64,000 bases of DNA from a virus. Position numbers and translations under genes: made by a program. The stretch is from positions 1 through 64,000 of the IMG/VR virus record IMGVR_UViG_3300042868_012782; one strand, 5' to 3'. The notes below the pieces were generated by a model. That model searched no databases, was not told where the DNA came from, and worked only from the letters and a program-made list of their open reading frames with translations. Positions 47,061 through 56,866 of the stretch are shown piece by piece (the stretch's first letter is position 1; every line of letters starts with the position of its first letter).

Positions 47061-49646
47061 ATGTCGGTGTTCCGCAACAAATTTTCTGAAGACATCTTTA
47101 ATTACAAGTATCGTCACGAGGGCTGTGAAACGTGGGAAAAACTTTCTGACGTCATCGTAGACGATGTATGTAGAGACAAGATGACCAAGGAAGAAAAAAG
47201 CCTTCTTAAGAAAGCCATTCGAGAGATGAAGTTTCTTCCGGGCGGTAGATATATTTACTATGCTGGTCGTGAGATAAAAGCATTCAACAATTGCTATCTA
47301 CTTAGAGCAGAGTCTGATACGAGAGAAGATTGGGCAATGCTGTCTTGGAAGGCTGAATCGTGTCTTTCGACTGGGGGTGGGATTGGTGTCGACTACTCAA
47401 TCTATCGACCCAAGGACACCCCACTCAAGAGGACTGGGGGGCAGGCTTCTGGGCCTGTCAGCAAAATGAGAATGATCAACGAAATTGGGCGCGAGGTCAT
47501 GCAGGGGGGGTCTCGACGCTCTGCTATTTATGCGAGCCTGAACTGGCAGCATCAAGACATTCAGCAGTTTTTGTATTCCAAAGACTGGTTCGGAATGAGA
47601 GTTCCCGGCACGGATAAAACTTTCTGGGACTGTAAGGTTGCTGACTTTAACTTTGCAGCTCCACTCGATATGACCAACATATCGGCAAACTATGACGACG
47701 CGTGGCTAAACATGCCAGACAGACACAAGCACCCTACTTTTTTGGCTAATTGTCGACAGGCAATGATGACTGGAGAACCAGGTTGGTCTTTTAATTTCGG
47801 CGACAAGCAGAACGAGACCCTGCGAAATGCATGCGTTCCTTTTGAGACGAGGATTCTCACTAGGGATGGCTATCAAGCCATTGGTGAGTTGGTAGGACAG
47901 ACTGTCGAAGTTTGGAACGGGGAAGAGTGGTCTTCGGTCACTCCTAAATCGACAGGACGAAAAAACACTTATCTCGTGATCCTTAGCAACGGAGCATCAC
48001 TACGTTGTTCAGGCAATCACGAATGGTTGATGGTCAACAACACCAGAAAGCAGACCGAATACTTAACGGTCGGAGAGAAGATCGAAAAGTACTCAATGCC
48101 AGTGGTAAGTGCTGGAAGAGTAGCCGATTTTGACGCTTACTCTCAAGGTTTTTATTCTGGTGATGGGAACGACGGTCATGAGTTCTCTTGGGTTTACCTA
48201 CCCAAGCAAAGCGTTTGTTCTCGCCTCAAAGGTAAAATTGTTTCCGAGAATAATTCTACTCGCCAGCGATGGACTCATGGCAAAATGCTAGGCAAGGGAT
48301 TTGTTCCTACTGGGTTTGACCTAAAGACTCGTATCGACTGGCTTGCGGGACTATTAGACGCTGATGCATGTGTCAACGTCAGCAAAAGCAGTATCCAAGT
48401 TCAATTGGCATCAATTAACTTTGAGTTTTTGCGAGAAGTACAGCTCTTGCTGACTACGCTTGGAGTTTGCTCTTCTGTAACCAAAATGCGCGACGAGGAA
48501 GTGAGAGATCTTCCTGATGGACGAGGAGGTGTGGCTCCTTATGCTTGCGCAAGCATCTACCGTCTACATCTGGGTAATGGGGCCGTTTGTCAGCTCAACA
48601 GCTTGGGTCTTTCGACATCCCGCATTGATCTCTCCGACGCCAATCCAGACGCATCAGATAAGTCTCGCTTCTATAGCATTGCCTCCGTCGAAGAGGTAGG
48701 CGAAGAAGATGTCTATTGCTTCGATGAACCCCTGCTGCATCAGGGGACATTTGAGGGAATTGTCACAGGGCAATGTACTGAGGTAACGTCGGAAGACGAC
48801 TCAGACGTGTGCAATCTGGGTTCCCTCAATATGTCTAGGATTGAGACCAAAGAAGAGTTTCAAATGATCATTCGCCTAGCCACGAAATTCTTGATATGTG
48901 GTACTCTGGTGGCAGATCTACCATACGCCAAGGTCCATCAGACCAGAGAAAAGAATCGTCGACTGGGGCTTGGCCTCATGGGAATGCATGAGTGGTTGGT
49001 GCAAAGAGGGTATCGTTACGAGGTAACGCCCGAACTGCACGAGTGGCTGGCTGTCTATCGTGATGAGTCTGATTATGTTTCTCGCCAGTTTAGTGCTGAG
49101 CTTTCCGTCTCAGAACCTGTTGCGAAGCGGGCTATTGCTCCTACTGGATCTATCGGTATTTTGGCTGGGACGACAACGGGAATCGAGCCAGTATTTGCTG
49201 TTGCGTACAAGCGGCGATATCTGAAGAACGGTACGCAATGGCACTACCAGTACGTTGTCGACTCCGCGGCCAAGGATCTGATTGAGCGTTACGGCGTTTC
49301 GCCCGATCGTATTGAGTCTGCAATCGATCTGGCCGCCGACTACGAACGGCGGCTTAAGTTCCAGGCGGACACCCAGGACTACGTCGATCAGTCGATTAGC
49401 TCCACAATCAACATGCCTAGCTGGGGCAGTGATCTAAACAACGAAGACAAAGTCGTCGATATCGCAGAGACGCTCTCTCGATATGCTCCACGCTTGCGAG
49501 GATTTACTGTATATCCAGACGGCGCCAGAGGTGGCCAGCCATTGGTGTCTGTCGACTATGCTGAGGCTGCTAGACAACAGGGCGTAGAATATCTAGAGCA
49601 CGACATTTGCGTGATCGGAGGCAAGGGCGGAACTTGCGGCAGTTAA
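47061..49646 (+). CDS. nrdJ: Class II (AdoCbl-dependent) ribonucleotide reductase, intein-containing
   Basis: PGGR, GGGIG, RRSA, NA|CTE, CNLGSLN, RRLGLG, IAPTG, DQSISST; no beta subunit nearby. Confidence 0.88.
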   Translation: MSVFRNKFSEDIFNYKYRHEGCETWEKLSDVIVDDVCRDKMTKEEKSLLKKAIREMKFLPGGRYIYYAGREIKAFNNCYLLRAESDTREDWAMLSWKAESCLSTGGGIGVDYSIYRPKDTPLKRTGGQASGPVSKMRMINEIGREVMQGGSRRSAIYASLNWQHQDIQQFLYSKDWFGMRVPGTDKTFWDCKVADFNFAAPLDMTNISANYDDAWLNMPDRHKHPTFLANCRQAMMTGEPGWSFNFGDKQNETLRNACVPFETRILTRDGYQAIGELVGQTVEVWNGEEWSSVTPKSTGRKNTYLVILSNGASLRCSGNHEWLMVNNTRKQTEYLTVGEKIEKYSMPVVSAGRVADFDAYSQGFYSGDGNDGHEFSWVYLPKQSVCSRLKGKIVSENNSTRQRWTHGKMLGKGFVPTGFDLKTRIDWLAGLLDADACVNVSKSSIQVQLASINFEFLREVQLLLTTLGVCSSVTKMRDEEVRDLPDGRGGVAPYACASIYRLHLGNGAVCQLNSLGLSTSRIDLSDANPDASDKSRFYSIASVEEVGEEDVYCFDEPLLHQGTFEGIVTGQCTEVTSEDDSDVCNLGSLNMSRIETKEEFQMIIRLATKFLICGTLVADLPYAKVHQTREKNRRLGLGLMGMHEWLVQRGYRYEVTPELHEWLAVYRDESDYVSRQFSAELSVSEPVAKRAIAPTGSIGILAGTTTGIEPVFAVAYKRRYLKNGTQWHYQYVVDSAAKDLIERYGVSPDRIESAIDLAADYERRLKFQADTQDYVDQSISSTINMPSWGSDLNNEDKVVDIAETLSRYAPRLRGFTVYPDGARGGQPLVSVDYAEAARQQGVEYLEHDICVIGGKGGTCGS
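47832..48773 (+). mobile_element. Intein (314 aa) with LAGLIDADG endonuclease in RNR
   Basis: Starts CVPFETRILT; block B CSGNHEW; LAGLLDADA; ends VYCF...GIVTGQ/C. Confidence 0.92.
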
Positions 49647-49714
49647 TCTGCAATGAATGGGATCTGGGGGGTTCGTCGTGGTTACTATCTTGAGGATGGT
49701 AAACCGGAGGCAAT

Positions 49715-50173
49715 ATGAGCAGATCAGCAGGACGACGAAGCAAGCCCCTCTCCCATATCATTGAGGCTGTTGAGAAATTTCTTGAGTCTATTGTCCATGC
49801 TGCTGATCAGGCATCGCACTCTGATGCGTCTGAGGGATTTGATCCTCCCGAGTCAGCAAGGAACAATGCTAGGAAAGTTCTGGCTTGGAAAGAAAAATAT
49901 GGCAAAGAGTGTCGCGGCATGACTGCGGTTGGCTGGGCACGCGCTCGAGACCTGGGTAACGGATCAAAGCTTTCTGCCGAAACAGTAAAAAGAATGTCGT
50001 CTTTCAATCGCCACCGCGGTAATTATGAGAAGGCGCGCAATAAGCCGGAAGCTAAGAGCAAACCATGGACAATCCCGGCAATTGTTGCTTGGCTGGGATG
50101 GGGTGGTACTACTGGTATTGACTGGGCTATCAGAACATCAGAATCAATACGGAATAAGGGGAAGCGACGATGA
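49715..50173 (+). CDS. Conserved phage hypothetical protein
   Basis: T.VGWARARDL...LS.ETVKRM.SF.RH...AW.GWGG. Confidence 0.8.
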   Translation: MSRSAGRRSKPLSHIIEAVEKFLESIVHAADQASHSDASEGFDPPESARNNARKVLAWKEKYGKECRGMTAVGWARARDLGNGSKLSAETVKRMSSFNRHRGNYEKARNKPEAKSKPWTIPAIVAWLGWGGTTGIDWAIRTSESIRNKGKRR

Positions 50174-50421
50174 GCCAGTCTGAATTTTTTGAAGTCGGCG
50201 ACGTTGTTTGTCTCAATAGCGGATCGCCCCCAATGACGGTCATGTCTCTCTCTGACGACAAAAGTCTGGTCTTGGCATACGCCGACATGAATGGCTCTAT
50301 ACTTCGAGAATGCTTGCCACCCGAGGCTGTTGCTTTGACAGAAATGCGTTGGTCAATCAGCTCAGTCGACTCAGAAGTCGATATGGAACTGGACGACGAA
50401 GACGACGAGGACGATGACTGA
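50170..50421 (+). CDS. YodC/DUF2158-like protein with acidic tail
   Basis: FEVGDVVCLNSGSPPMTV. Confidence 0.8.
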   Translation: MSQSEFFEVGDVVCLNSGSPPMTVMSLSDDKSLVLAYADMNGSILRECLPPEAVALTEMRWSISSVDSEVDMELDDEDDEDDD

Positions 50422-50792
50422 TGCCTACGTACGATTACAGATGTAATGCTTGCGGCGATGAATTTGATCTCTATCAATCCTTTGTCGACAAGGTTAAGCG
50501 TACGTGCAAGAAGTGCGGCCAGAAAAAGCTGGAGCGCCTGATCGGTTGTGGCCTAGACGCGTTTTGCCACAACGTAACGACAATTGGACAGCAGGGCGAG
50601 CGCAATGCCAAAAAAGCAGGCAAGACTAAAATTGAGGAAATGACTGCTCAACGGGATCAAGATCGCAGGAAAGCTCAAAGACTGGTTAGCAAAGACGCTG
50701 GCAAAAAGCCTTGGTGGCGTGAATCCGAAAAACCACTTGATTTGAAAAAAATTAAGGATGTGAAAAAATATATTGAAAAGGGAGAAAAATGA
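50421..50792 (+). CDS. FmdB-family zinc-ribbon protein
   Basis: MPTYDYRCNACG.EF...CKKCG..KL.RLI. Confidence 0.88.
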   Translation: MPTYDYRCNACGDEFDLYQSFVDKVKRTCKKCGQKKLERLIGCGLDAFCHNVTTIGQQGERNAKKAGKTKIEEMTAQRDQDRRKAQRLVSKDAGKKPWWRESEKPLDLKKIKDVKKYIEKGEK

Positions 50793-51397
50793 TTCACATC
50801 ATTACTCCATGCACTAGACCTAGTAACCTGCAGAAAATTTTTGAATCTATACCAGCTCCATGCCGATGGATAGTTGTTTTAGATGCGTCAGTAAAAGGTG
50901 AAGAATCTGACTTGCAAATTGCTTCGTTTCTTGATGCAGCCATTTCTCCTTCCACATCTCAAGATTTTGGTAGGCCTGGCCTGTTAGTCAAGAGATCACA
51001 GCTAGGTGGAAGATGGGGGAGCTTGTGTCGTAACCAGGCACTAGACGAACTGGTTGCAGATGATGAAGATTGGGTATACTTCCTTGATGACGACAATATA
51101 ATTCATCCAGACTGGTACTGGGGAGTTCTTCCTCATCTGAATTCGGACGCAGTCATGGTAGGGTGGGGGCAGTTGAATAAGAATGAATCGATCCGCCTCA
51201 TGCCTCCGCATAATGTGCTGATTCATCATATCGACACTGCGTCATTTATGGTGCGCTGGAAGGCACTTAAAAATTTTCGATGGAACACAGAGAGGCGTGA
51301 CGCAGACGGGCTGTTGGCGATGGAAATCGACCAGCAGTATGGACATGAGACTATCGACCAGTATTTATGCTGGTACAACGCACTGGATCAAAAATGA
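50789..51397 (+). CDS. GT-A fold glycosyltransferase (GT2/GT43-like)
   Basis: IITPC.R; RNQALD; VYFLDDDN; IDTASF. Confidence 0.82.
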   Translation: MIHIITPCTRPSNLQKIFESIPAPCRWIVVLDASVKGEESDLQIASFLDAAISPSTSQDFGRPGLLVKRSQLGGRWGSLCRNQALDELVADDEDWVYFLDDDNIIHPDWYWGVLPHLNSDAVMVGWGQLNKNESIRLMPPHNVLIHHIDTASFMVRWKALKNFRWNTERRDADGLLAMEIDQQYGHETIDQYLCWYNALDQK

Positions 51398-51606
51398 TGA
51401 ACATTCCTAACGACGAGACGAACCCACACGTCGCTGTCATTTACGCATTCGCTGAGATTCACGAGAGACTTCCCGACGGAACGGCAAGCGGTAATCCAGT
51501 CGAACGCAAAAACTTGACGCTGCGTATGAGCGGAGCTGATCGCTGGACATGTGAAAGAAAGCTCTCAGAGGCCTTAGAGGAGTTAATGAAAGCATGCGCA
51601 AGGTAA
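51394..51606 (+). CDS. Hypothetical protein
   Basis: ATGA coupling. Confidence 0.6.
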   Translation: MMNIPNDETNPHVAVIYAFAEIHERLPDGTASGNPVERKNLTLRMSGADRWTCERKLSEALEELMKACAR

Positions 51607-51917
51607 ACTCGGAAACATCGCCACATATTCCAGAGGGCGAAAAAATTGTGCTGGAATGTTCCAGCTGCAATAAGCCTTTGGTGGACGTCAGAACCACTAA
51701 TCCGGAACAGCCCTTTGTGTGGAAGGTCCGCGCTAAGTGTTGTTATTGCGGCGACACTTCGTTTGAAAAAGAAGTGCATGGATTGCTTAGGTATTTTGGA
51801 GCGCAAGCAGCAAAAGAAGAGGATTCGTCAGATGTCGTTTTGTTGACGCGAATTGCCCATCTTGAGGCTGACGGAGACAAAGTTGTTTTCCACACTGCTC
51901 CAGGAGACAAGTCGTGA
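51594..51917 (+). CDS. Zinc-binding hypothetical protein
   Basis: CSSC...CCYC. Confidence 0.7.
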   Translation: MRKVNSETSPHIPEGEKIVLECSSCNKPLVDVRTTNPEQPFVWKVRAKCCYCGDTSFEKEVHGLLRYFGAQAAKEEDSSDVVLLTRIAHLEADGDKVVFHTAPGDKS

Positions 51918-52273
51918 ATATTGCTGAAGACGCTCAGAGATTTTTAGAAAAAAAAGATGCAGCACAACAAGATTCTGGATACGACGGCTCGGGATGCAGC
52001 GTCGGAGTTGAGTCTTCAGAATGTGTTGCTAAGTGTTCTGTGATCAAGACTGGAGTCGCCAAATACTTCATTAGAGTGTGTCGCCGGGGCATTGACACGG
52101 GAACATTTTACAATCCTCAGGTTCATTCAAAAGCCGAACTTGTTCGGTATGATGCGCACACTGGAAAAATGCGGTACCACTTCACTGAGGTGAGTCAGTC
52201 TGCTTTTGATAATTACGTAGGTTTCCTTAAGACAGGTAATGTCGCGCTTCTGCGCGTCGCACAAAGGAGTTAA
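51914..52273 (+). CDS. Hypothetical protein
   Basis: GTGA coupling; AGGAG RBS. Confidence 0.75.
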   Translation: MNIAEDAQRFLEKKDAAQQDSGYDGSGCSVGVESSECVAKCSVIKTGVAKYFIRVCRRGIDTGTFYNPQVHSKAELVRYDAHTGKMRYHFTEVSQSAFDNYVGFLKTGNVALLRVAQRS

Positions 52274-52274
52274 C

Positions 52275-52583
52275 ATGCCAAGAAAGACGCAAGAGCCGCG
52301 CCCGCTGAGCAAGTCGGAAAATTATTATCTCGAAAGTCTTGCGGGAATCAAGTCTTTAGAGGAAATGTCAGAGGATCTTGGTCGTCCAATCTCAGAGATT
52401 GAGATCGCCTACAAGAAGGCAAAATCTAAGAGTCCAGGCAAGTTTGGTCGCCCCTCTGAAGGGGTCACCATCATGACTGAGGCTGCATCAGTAGAAGGCG
52501 ACGAGCACGGCAAGAATAATCGAGCAGCTAACAGCGAGTTCATGGCTAGGTATGCCAATTGCATATGGAGCGGACACAAGTGA
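52275..52583 (+). CDS. Hypothetical HTH-like protein
   Basis: SLEEMSEDLGRPISEI; AAGGAG RBS. Confidence 0.7.
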   Translation: MPRKTQEPRPLSKSENYYLESLAGIKSLEEMSEDLGRPISEIEIAYKKAKSKSPGKFGRPSEGVTIMTEAASVEGDEHGKNNRAANSEFMARYANCIWSGHK

Positions 52584-52999
52584 CAGCCGGAACCTTGCCC
52601 GAAGTCCTAGCCCAAGCCCCTTTTGATCATTCGTTTTTGCTTGCGGGCCTATCGGATGGGCTGTTTGTCGTCGCCGATGGCACGCCCGACGACTGGGTCA
52701 GACTCTCGTCACTGATAACGCCAGAGCGACACATGACGTCGCTTGAAGTTCGTTTTCGGTCTTCGTGCATGAAGGCTGTTCCCGAACTTGCTAGGGGTTA
52801 TTTTTTTCGCCCTGCTGTTGCGGCGTGTCTTTCGGGCAACTCAAAATCCTACAACCTTTTTGTTGTGGGGTATTGTGGTGAGGACGGAATTGTTCACACT
52901 AAGTCGGTCATAGTTCCTGAGATGGTTGTCGTCAATGAAGACACTAGGGAACAATCCGATAAAGAGTCCGTAGGTACTTCCTTGATAATCAACTGGTGA
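52580..52999 (+). CDS. Hypothetical protein
   Basis: GTGA coupling. Confidence 0.7.
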   Translation: MTAGTLPEVLAQAPFDHSFLLAGLSDGLFVVADGTPDDWVRLSSLITPERHMTSLEVRFRSSCMKAVPELARGYFFRPAVAACLSGNSKSYNLFVVGYCGEDGIVHTKSVIVPEMVVVNEDTREQSDKESVGTSLIINW

Positions 53000-53038
53000 A
53001 GGTCATACAGTTAATCCTCGAAGACAAGGGGGACTGTC

Positions 53039-53494
53039 ATGGCCAAAAATTTGTCAGAAAGCAGCCGCTATCAAAGCCGATACGGCGGAGGCTGGGTGGC
53101 ACCCCAGCAAATACTTGCTGAAGTTATGTGTGAGCGCATCGCTGGCAAGGAAAAAACAAGTCTGCCTGCGAAGTTTTGGGACGTACCAAGATGGCAGAAG
53201 CATTTCCTCATGCAGCTACGCCTAGCACTCAAGCTCTTAGACAAATATCATCCCTCAGTCATATCTCGAGGAATTCGCTCTAATGATGGCAGAAGAGCAT
53301 TTTCGTTCGGTGCCCCCTTTCTGAAGGATATCTTCGATAGGGAGCAATTGAAGTACGATACGGAAATAACATCTTTAAGTTCTTTGCCAGCTCCCGTAGT
53401 CTCTGACGAACCCGCGGTTGAGTCAGCTACGCGTCCATGTTTTGCACCGCGGCGCAACTTGAAATCTCGGCTGGAGGAACTTGATCGTGACTAA
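53039..53494 (+). CDS. Hypothetical protein
   Basis: 151 aa upstream of the recA-like gene. Confidence 0.75.
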   Translation: MAKNLSESSRYQSRYGGGWVAPQQILAEVMCERIAGKEKTSLPAKFWDVPRWQKHFLMQLRLALKLLDKYHPSVISRGIRSNDGRRAFSFGAPFLKDIFDREQLKYDTEITSLSSLPAPVVSDEPAVESATRPCFAPRRNLKSRLEELDRD

Positions 53495-55583
53495 AGACAA
53501 AGACAAGGAAAAGCTCGACTTCACTAAGGAGGTCACGAAGCAGTTTGGCAATGGAGTAATACTTTCCGCTAGGGACATGATTGGTTTAGATGAAGAGAGG
53601 AAGCAAATTATTCCTTTGGGTCCGGCACTTAACGTGGCGCTGCACGGCGGCATTCCAGAAGGATCTTGGGTTACGTGTTCTGGCCAGCCGAAGACGGGGA
53701 AAGAGCAGCCAGTATCAGCAACTGTCTACACTCCGAGAGGAGCTAGGCAGATTGGAGATCTAAAGCCAGGCGACATCGTATGTCATCCCGAAGGCACATC
53801 TCGTGTTGTCGCAGTTTTCCCCCAAGGCAAAAAAGCTGTCTATAGAGTATATTTTGATAATGGCGATTGGGCTGAGTGTGGCATTGAACATTTGTGGGAA
53901 GTCAGGAACTCTCGCCTGTGCAAGGCACGCAGGAAAGATGTTGTTATGACTTTGGCCGACATCAAAAATTCTCTTTTTCATCAAGATAAAAGTCACAAGT
54001 GGGGAAGAAGACCACGTTGGTCAGTACGTTTGCCAAAGCCAGTCATCTTTCAATCCAAGCGAGTACCAATCGACAGCTATGCTCTTGGTCTTTTATTGGG
54101 GAATGGCAGCATAACTAATCAGACCATGGCTTTTACGACAATGGACGCTGAACTTTGCTCAGTCATTTCCGAGAAAGGTAGATGTCATGTTAAGCCAAAA
54201 CTACAGCGCTATCAGTATAATATAAATCGTAGCTCGCACTTAAAGTCTGTGCTACTCAAGCTTGGACTTCTTGGGCGGAAGTCTCACACAAAGCATGTCC
54301 CAGACATTTATAAATTTAACGATGTTTCAGTCAGGTTGGGCTTGCTTCAAGGCCTAATGGATACTGACGGTACTGCGGGCAAAAAAGGTGATTGTGAATT
54401 CAAAACAGCTTCAATGGCTCTGGCTAGTGACGTCAAGTTTTTAATTCAATCCCTGGGTGGACTATGTACGGTACGTCCAGTTAGATACGAGTACTCGGGC
54501 AAGATGCTGAGGATCTATCGTTGCGCTATTCGCATGCCTGATGCGTCGCTTCTTTTTCGACTTCGACGAAAGAAAATGCGCTGTCAAAATCGTTCGTCAA
54601 GAATTCTGAGGAGAAGAATTGTTGCTGTTGAATATGTAAGGGACGAACAATGCGTTTGCATTAAGGTTGATAATCTTGACGGTTTATATTTGACCAATCA
54701 ATTCATTGTCACCCACAACACTTCGACAGCACTAAGCTTTGCTGCTCAGTGTCAAAAGCCCGAGAATGGAGATCGCCATGTCTACTATCTCAATATTGAG
54801 GGCCGCCTTAAAGAAATGAATTTGAGAGGAACAGCAGGTCTCAATTTCGACAAGATGACTATTTTTAGATCTACGCCAGACAAGATTTTGACGGCTAAAG
54901 ACTACCTGACTCTCGCCATGAAGGTCATCACTAGTCATCCTGGCTCACTAATCATCATTGACTCAGTGAGCGCATTGTGCGACGAAAAAGAGATGGATGA
55001 AGGAATTGGCTATGAAAATAGAGGCGCTGGCAATAAGATTTTTGCTGGATTCTGTCGTCAGGCAGCAAATCTTGTGCCCATTCGCAACTGCATTGTCTGG
55101 GCCATCATGCACTTGACTCAGTCACAGACTGGATATGGTGGGTATGTGGAAAAAGGGTCAAGAACTCTACAGTATCAAGCAGACGTTCAGATGAGGGTTA
55201 AGTTTGATCGCCCTTGGAAGGTTGGTGCGGCAGGTGCCGAAAAACAAATTGGGCAGCAGGTCCACTGGTTGGTAGAGTCGTGCGCGCTTGGACCACCAGG
55301 CATGGAAGTCGACTCGTATATTCGATATGGAACGGGAATAGATCATGTGTTTGAGGCAATTAATCTTGGTGTTCAGCTTGGTCTGATAGGCAAGGCTGGT
55401 GCCTGGATGTCGCTAGATTTCATGGAGCGACACCTTGATTTGCTTAAGGCCGAAAAGTGGACAGACGAGACAATCAAGCGGACCAAAACCCAAGGCGTTG
55501 AGAAACTGTATCGTTTACTTCATGAAAACCCAACGTGGGTATCTGTTTTGGAAAAAGAGATTGCTGTGATGCTAAAGCCATGA
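53487..55583 (+). CDS. recA: RecA/UvsX-like recombinase, intein-containing
   Basis: LNVALHGGIPEG; Walker A GQPKTGK|T split by an intein; Walker B IIIDSVSAL. Confidence 0.88.
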   Translation: MTKDKDKEKLDFTKEVTKQFGNGVILSARDMIGLDEERKQIIPLGPALNVALHGGIPEGSWVTCSGQPKTGKEQPVSATVYTPRGARQIGDLKPGDIVCHPEGTSRVVAVFPQGKKAVYRVYFDNGDWAECGIEHLWEVRNSRLCKARRKDVVMTLADIKNSLFHQDKSHKWGRRPRWSVRLPKPVIFQSKRVPIDSYALGLLLGNGSITNQTMAFTTMDAELCSVISEKGRCHVKPKLQRYQYNINRSSHLKSVLLKLGLLGRKSHTKHVPDIYKFNDVSVRLGLLQGLMDTDGTAGKKGDCEFKTASMALASDVKFLIQSLGGLCTVRPVRYEYSGKMLRIYRCAIRMPDASLLFRLRRKKMRCQNRSSRILRRRIVAVEYVRDEQCVCIKVDNLDGLYLTNQFIVTHNTSTALSFAAQCQKPENGDRHVYYLNIEGRLKEMNLRGTAGLNFDKMTIFRSTPDKILTAKDYLTLAMKVITSHPGSLIIIDSVSALCDEKEMDEGIGYENRGAGNKIFAGFCRQAANLVPIRNCIVWAIMHLTQSQTGYGGYVEKGSRTLQYQADVQMRVKFDRPWKVGAAGAEKQIGQQVHWLVESCALGPPGMEVDSYIRYGTGIDHVFEAINLGVQLGLIGKAGAWMSLDFMERHLDLLKAEKWTDETIKRTKTQGVEKLYRLLHENPTWVSVLEKEIAVMLKP
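53703..54719 (+). mobile_element. Intein (339 aa), class-3-type, with LAGLIDADG endonuclease
   Basis: EQPVSATVYTP start; EHLW; LQGLMDTDG; CVCIKVD; FIVTHN/T. Confidence 0.9.
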
Positions 55584-56008
55584 GAGTAAAGGGGCTAGAC
55601 GGTCGCACATACACATGGTCATTCGCAGGGCGTTCAGATGACGGACCAGGTGGGCCAGCACGATCTGGCTTACATGTTTCAGTCAGGGCTTTTCTGAGAA
55701 CAATTTATCCGGTCGATCGAATTATGGAAGAGGTCGGATTGCCTGGGTCGAATGGGTTACGCCTTGATTTTTATCTTCCTCTTCGTCGATTGGCTATAGA
55801 AGCGCACGGACAGCAGCACTACCGTTACGTAATGCATTTCCATGGAACTATGATGGGGTTCCTAAGATCTAGGGAGCGCGATCAGAAAAAACGCGACTGG
55901 TGCTCTATCAACGGTATTGATTTGGTTGAGCTTCCATTTTCCGAGAAGCCAGACGACTGGCTGGTGCGCATGAATTCTTGTGGCAAGGAGGGAGGCAGTG
56001 ATGTCTGA
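55580..56008 (+). CDS. PD-(D/E)XK endonuclease (DUF559/Vsr-like)
   Basis: LDFYLP...AIEAHGQQHY...RD..K...C..NGI. Confidence 0.8.
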   Translation: MRVKGLDGRTYTWSFAGRSDDGPGGPARSGLHVSVRAFLRTIYPVDRIMEEVGLPGSNGLRLDFYLPLRRLAIEAHGQQHYRYVMHFHGTMMGFLRSRERDQKKRDWCSINGIDLVELPFSEKPDDWLVRMNSCGKEGGSDV

Positions 56009-56453
56009 TTCAAGTGCGGCAGTTGATCAAGCTCTTGAAGATTTTGAGAAATCGATCTTTCCTGCCGAAGGGGAAGGGGCGATGAAATATGTTGCATTAT
56101 CAAACGAAGAACTACACATGATGTCTGCTGAGGAATGCGGAGAGGCCGCCGTTATGTTGACGTGTCTCGGTTTTCATATCAGTCGTCAAGGCAACAAGCT
56201 GCGGGCTAAAATCCGCTATTGCAATGAGATCATACTCAAAAGTGTTGCTGGTAAGACTAGTAACTATCGATATCAGTCTCCCGAAGAACGGATGTCTTTG
56301 GCGACTCAAGAAGATGATGGTACGGCAGCAATGAAAAAACATGAGGTAACTCTCTCGTGTCGTCTTGAAAGGATTGACTACCTCGCATTGCGTTTGGAAA
56401 AGGTTGCGGATATGTTCTCGTCATTGGCGGCGACGAAAAGGAGACAGTCATGA
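56001..56453 (+). CDS. Hypothetical protein
   Basis: GGAGG RBS; helical. Confidence 0.75.
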   Translation: MSDSSAAVDQALEDFEKSIFPAEGEGAMKYVALSNEELHMMSAEECGEAAVMLTCLGFHISRQGNKLRAKIRYCNEIILKSVAGKTSNYRYQSPEERMSLATQEDDGTAAMKKHEVTLSCRLERIDYLALRLEKVADMFSSLAATKRRQS

Positions 56454-56866
56454 GTCAGGAAATTCTTGCCCAAATGGCAGCAGCTTTAGCAAAAGGCGAT
56501 TGGGCACTGCTTGCTGATTGTGCTGGCAAAATGGCCCAGGCGAATGCGCCTGAGTCACAGAAGAAAGCAACTAAGAAAACGGCGAAGAAGTTAGTTTTGC
56601 CCCCCTCTCCTCCACCAGAGACTACTTTTACCAATAGATTTGTAGATGATAGAACGCTTGAGAAAGCGCATATCATTTCCGACAAAAAATTACTAAAAGG
56701 CATCAAGCCAACCACTCGTCGTCCGCCTTCGGACAACCGTCCTAGGGAAGTATTTTGTCCTAAATGCAACAAGCCTCATATGGTTGCCGGATCACTTGTG
56801 GCATTGCGTCGAGAAACGGATTCTGGAATTGTATGCCCATCTTGCCTCAGGAGCAATCGACGATGA
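56450..56866 (+). CDS. Hypothetical protein with C-terminal zinc finger
   Basis: CPKC...CPSC. Confidence 0.75.
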   Translation: MSQEILAQMAAALAKGDWALLADCAGKMAQANAPESQKKATKKTAKKLVLPPSPPPETTFTNRFVDDRTLEKAHIISDKKLLKGIKPTTRRPPSDNRPREVFCPKCNKPHMVAGSLVALRRETDSGIVCPSCLRSNRR

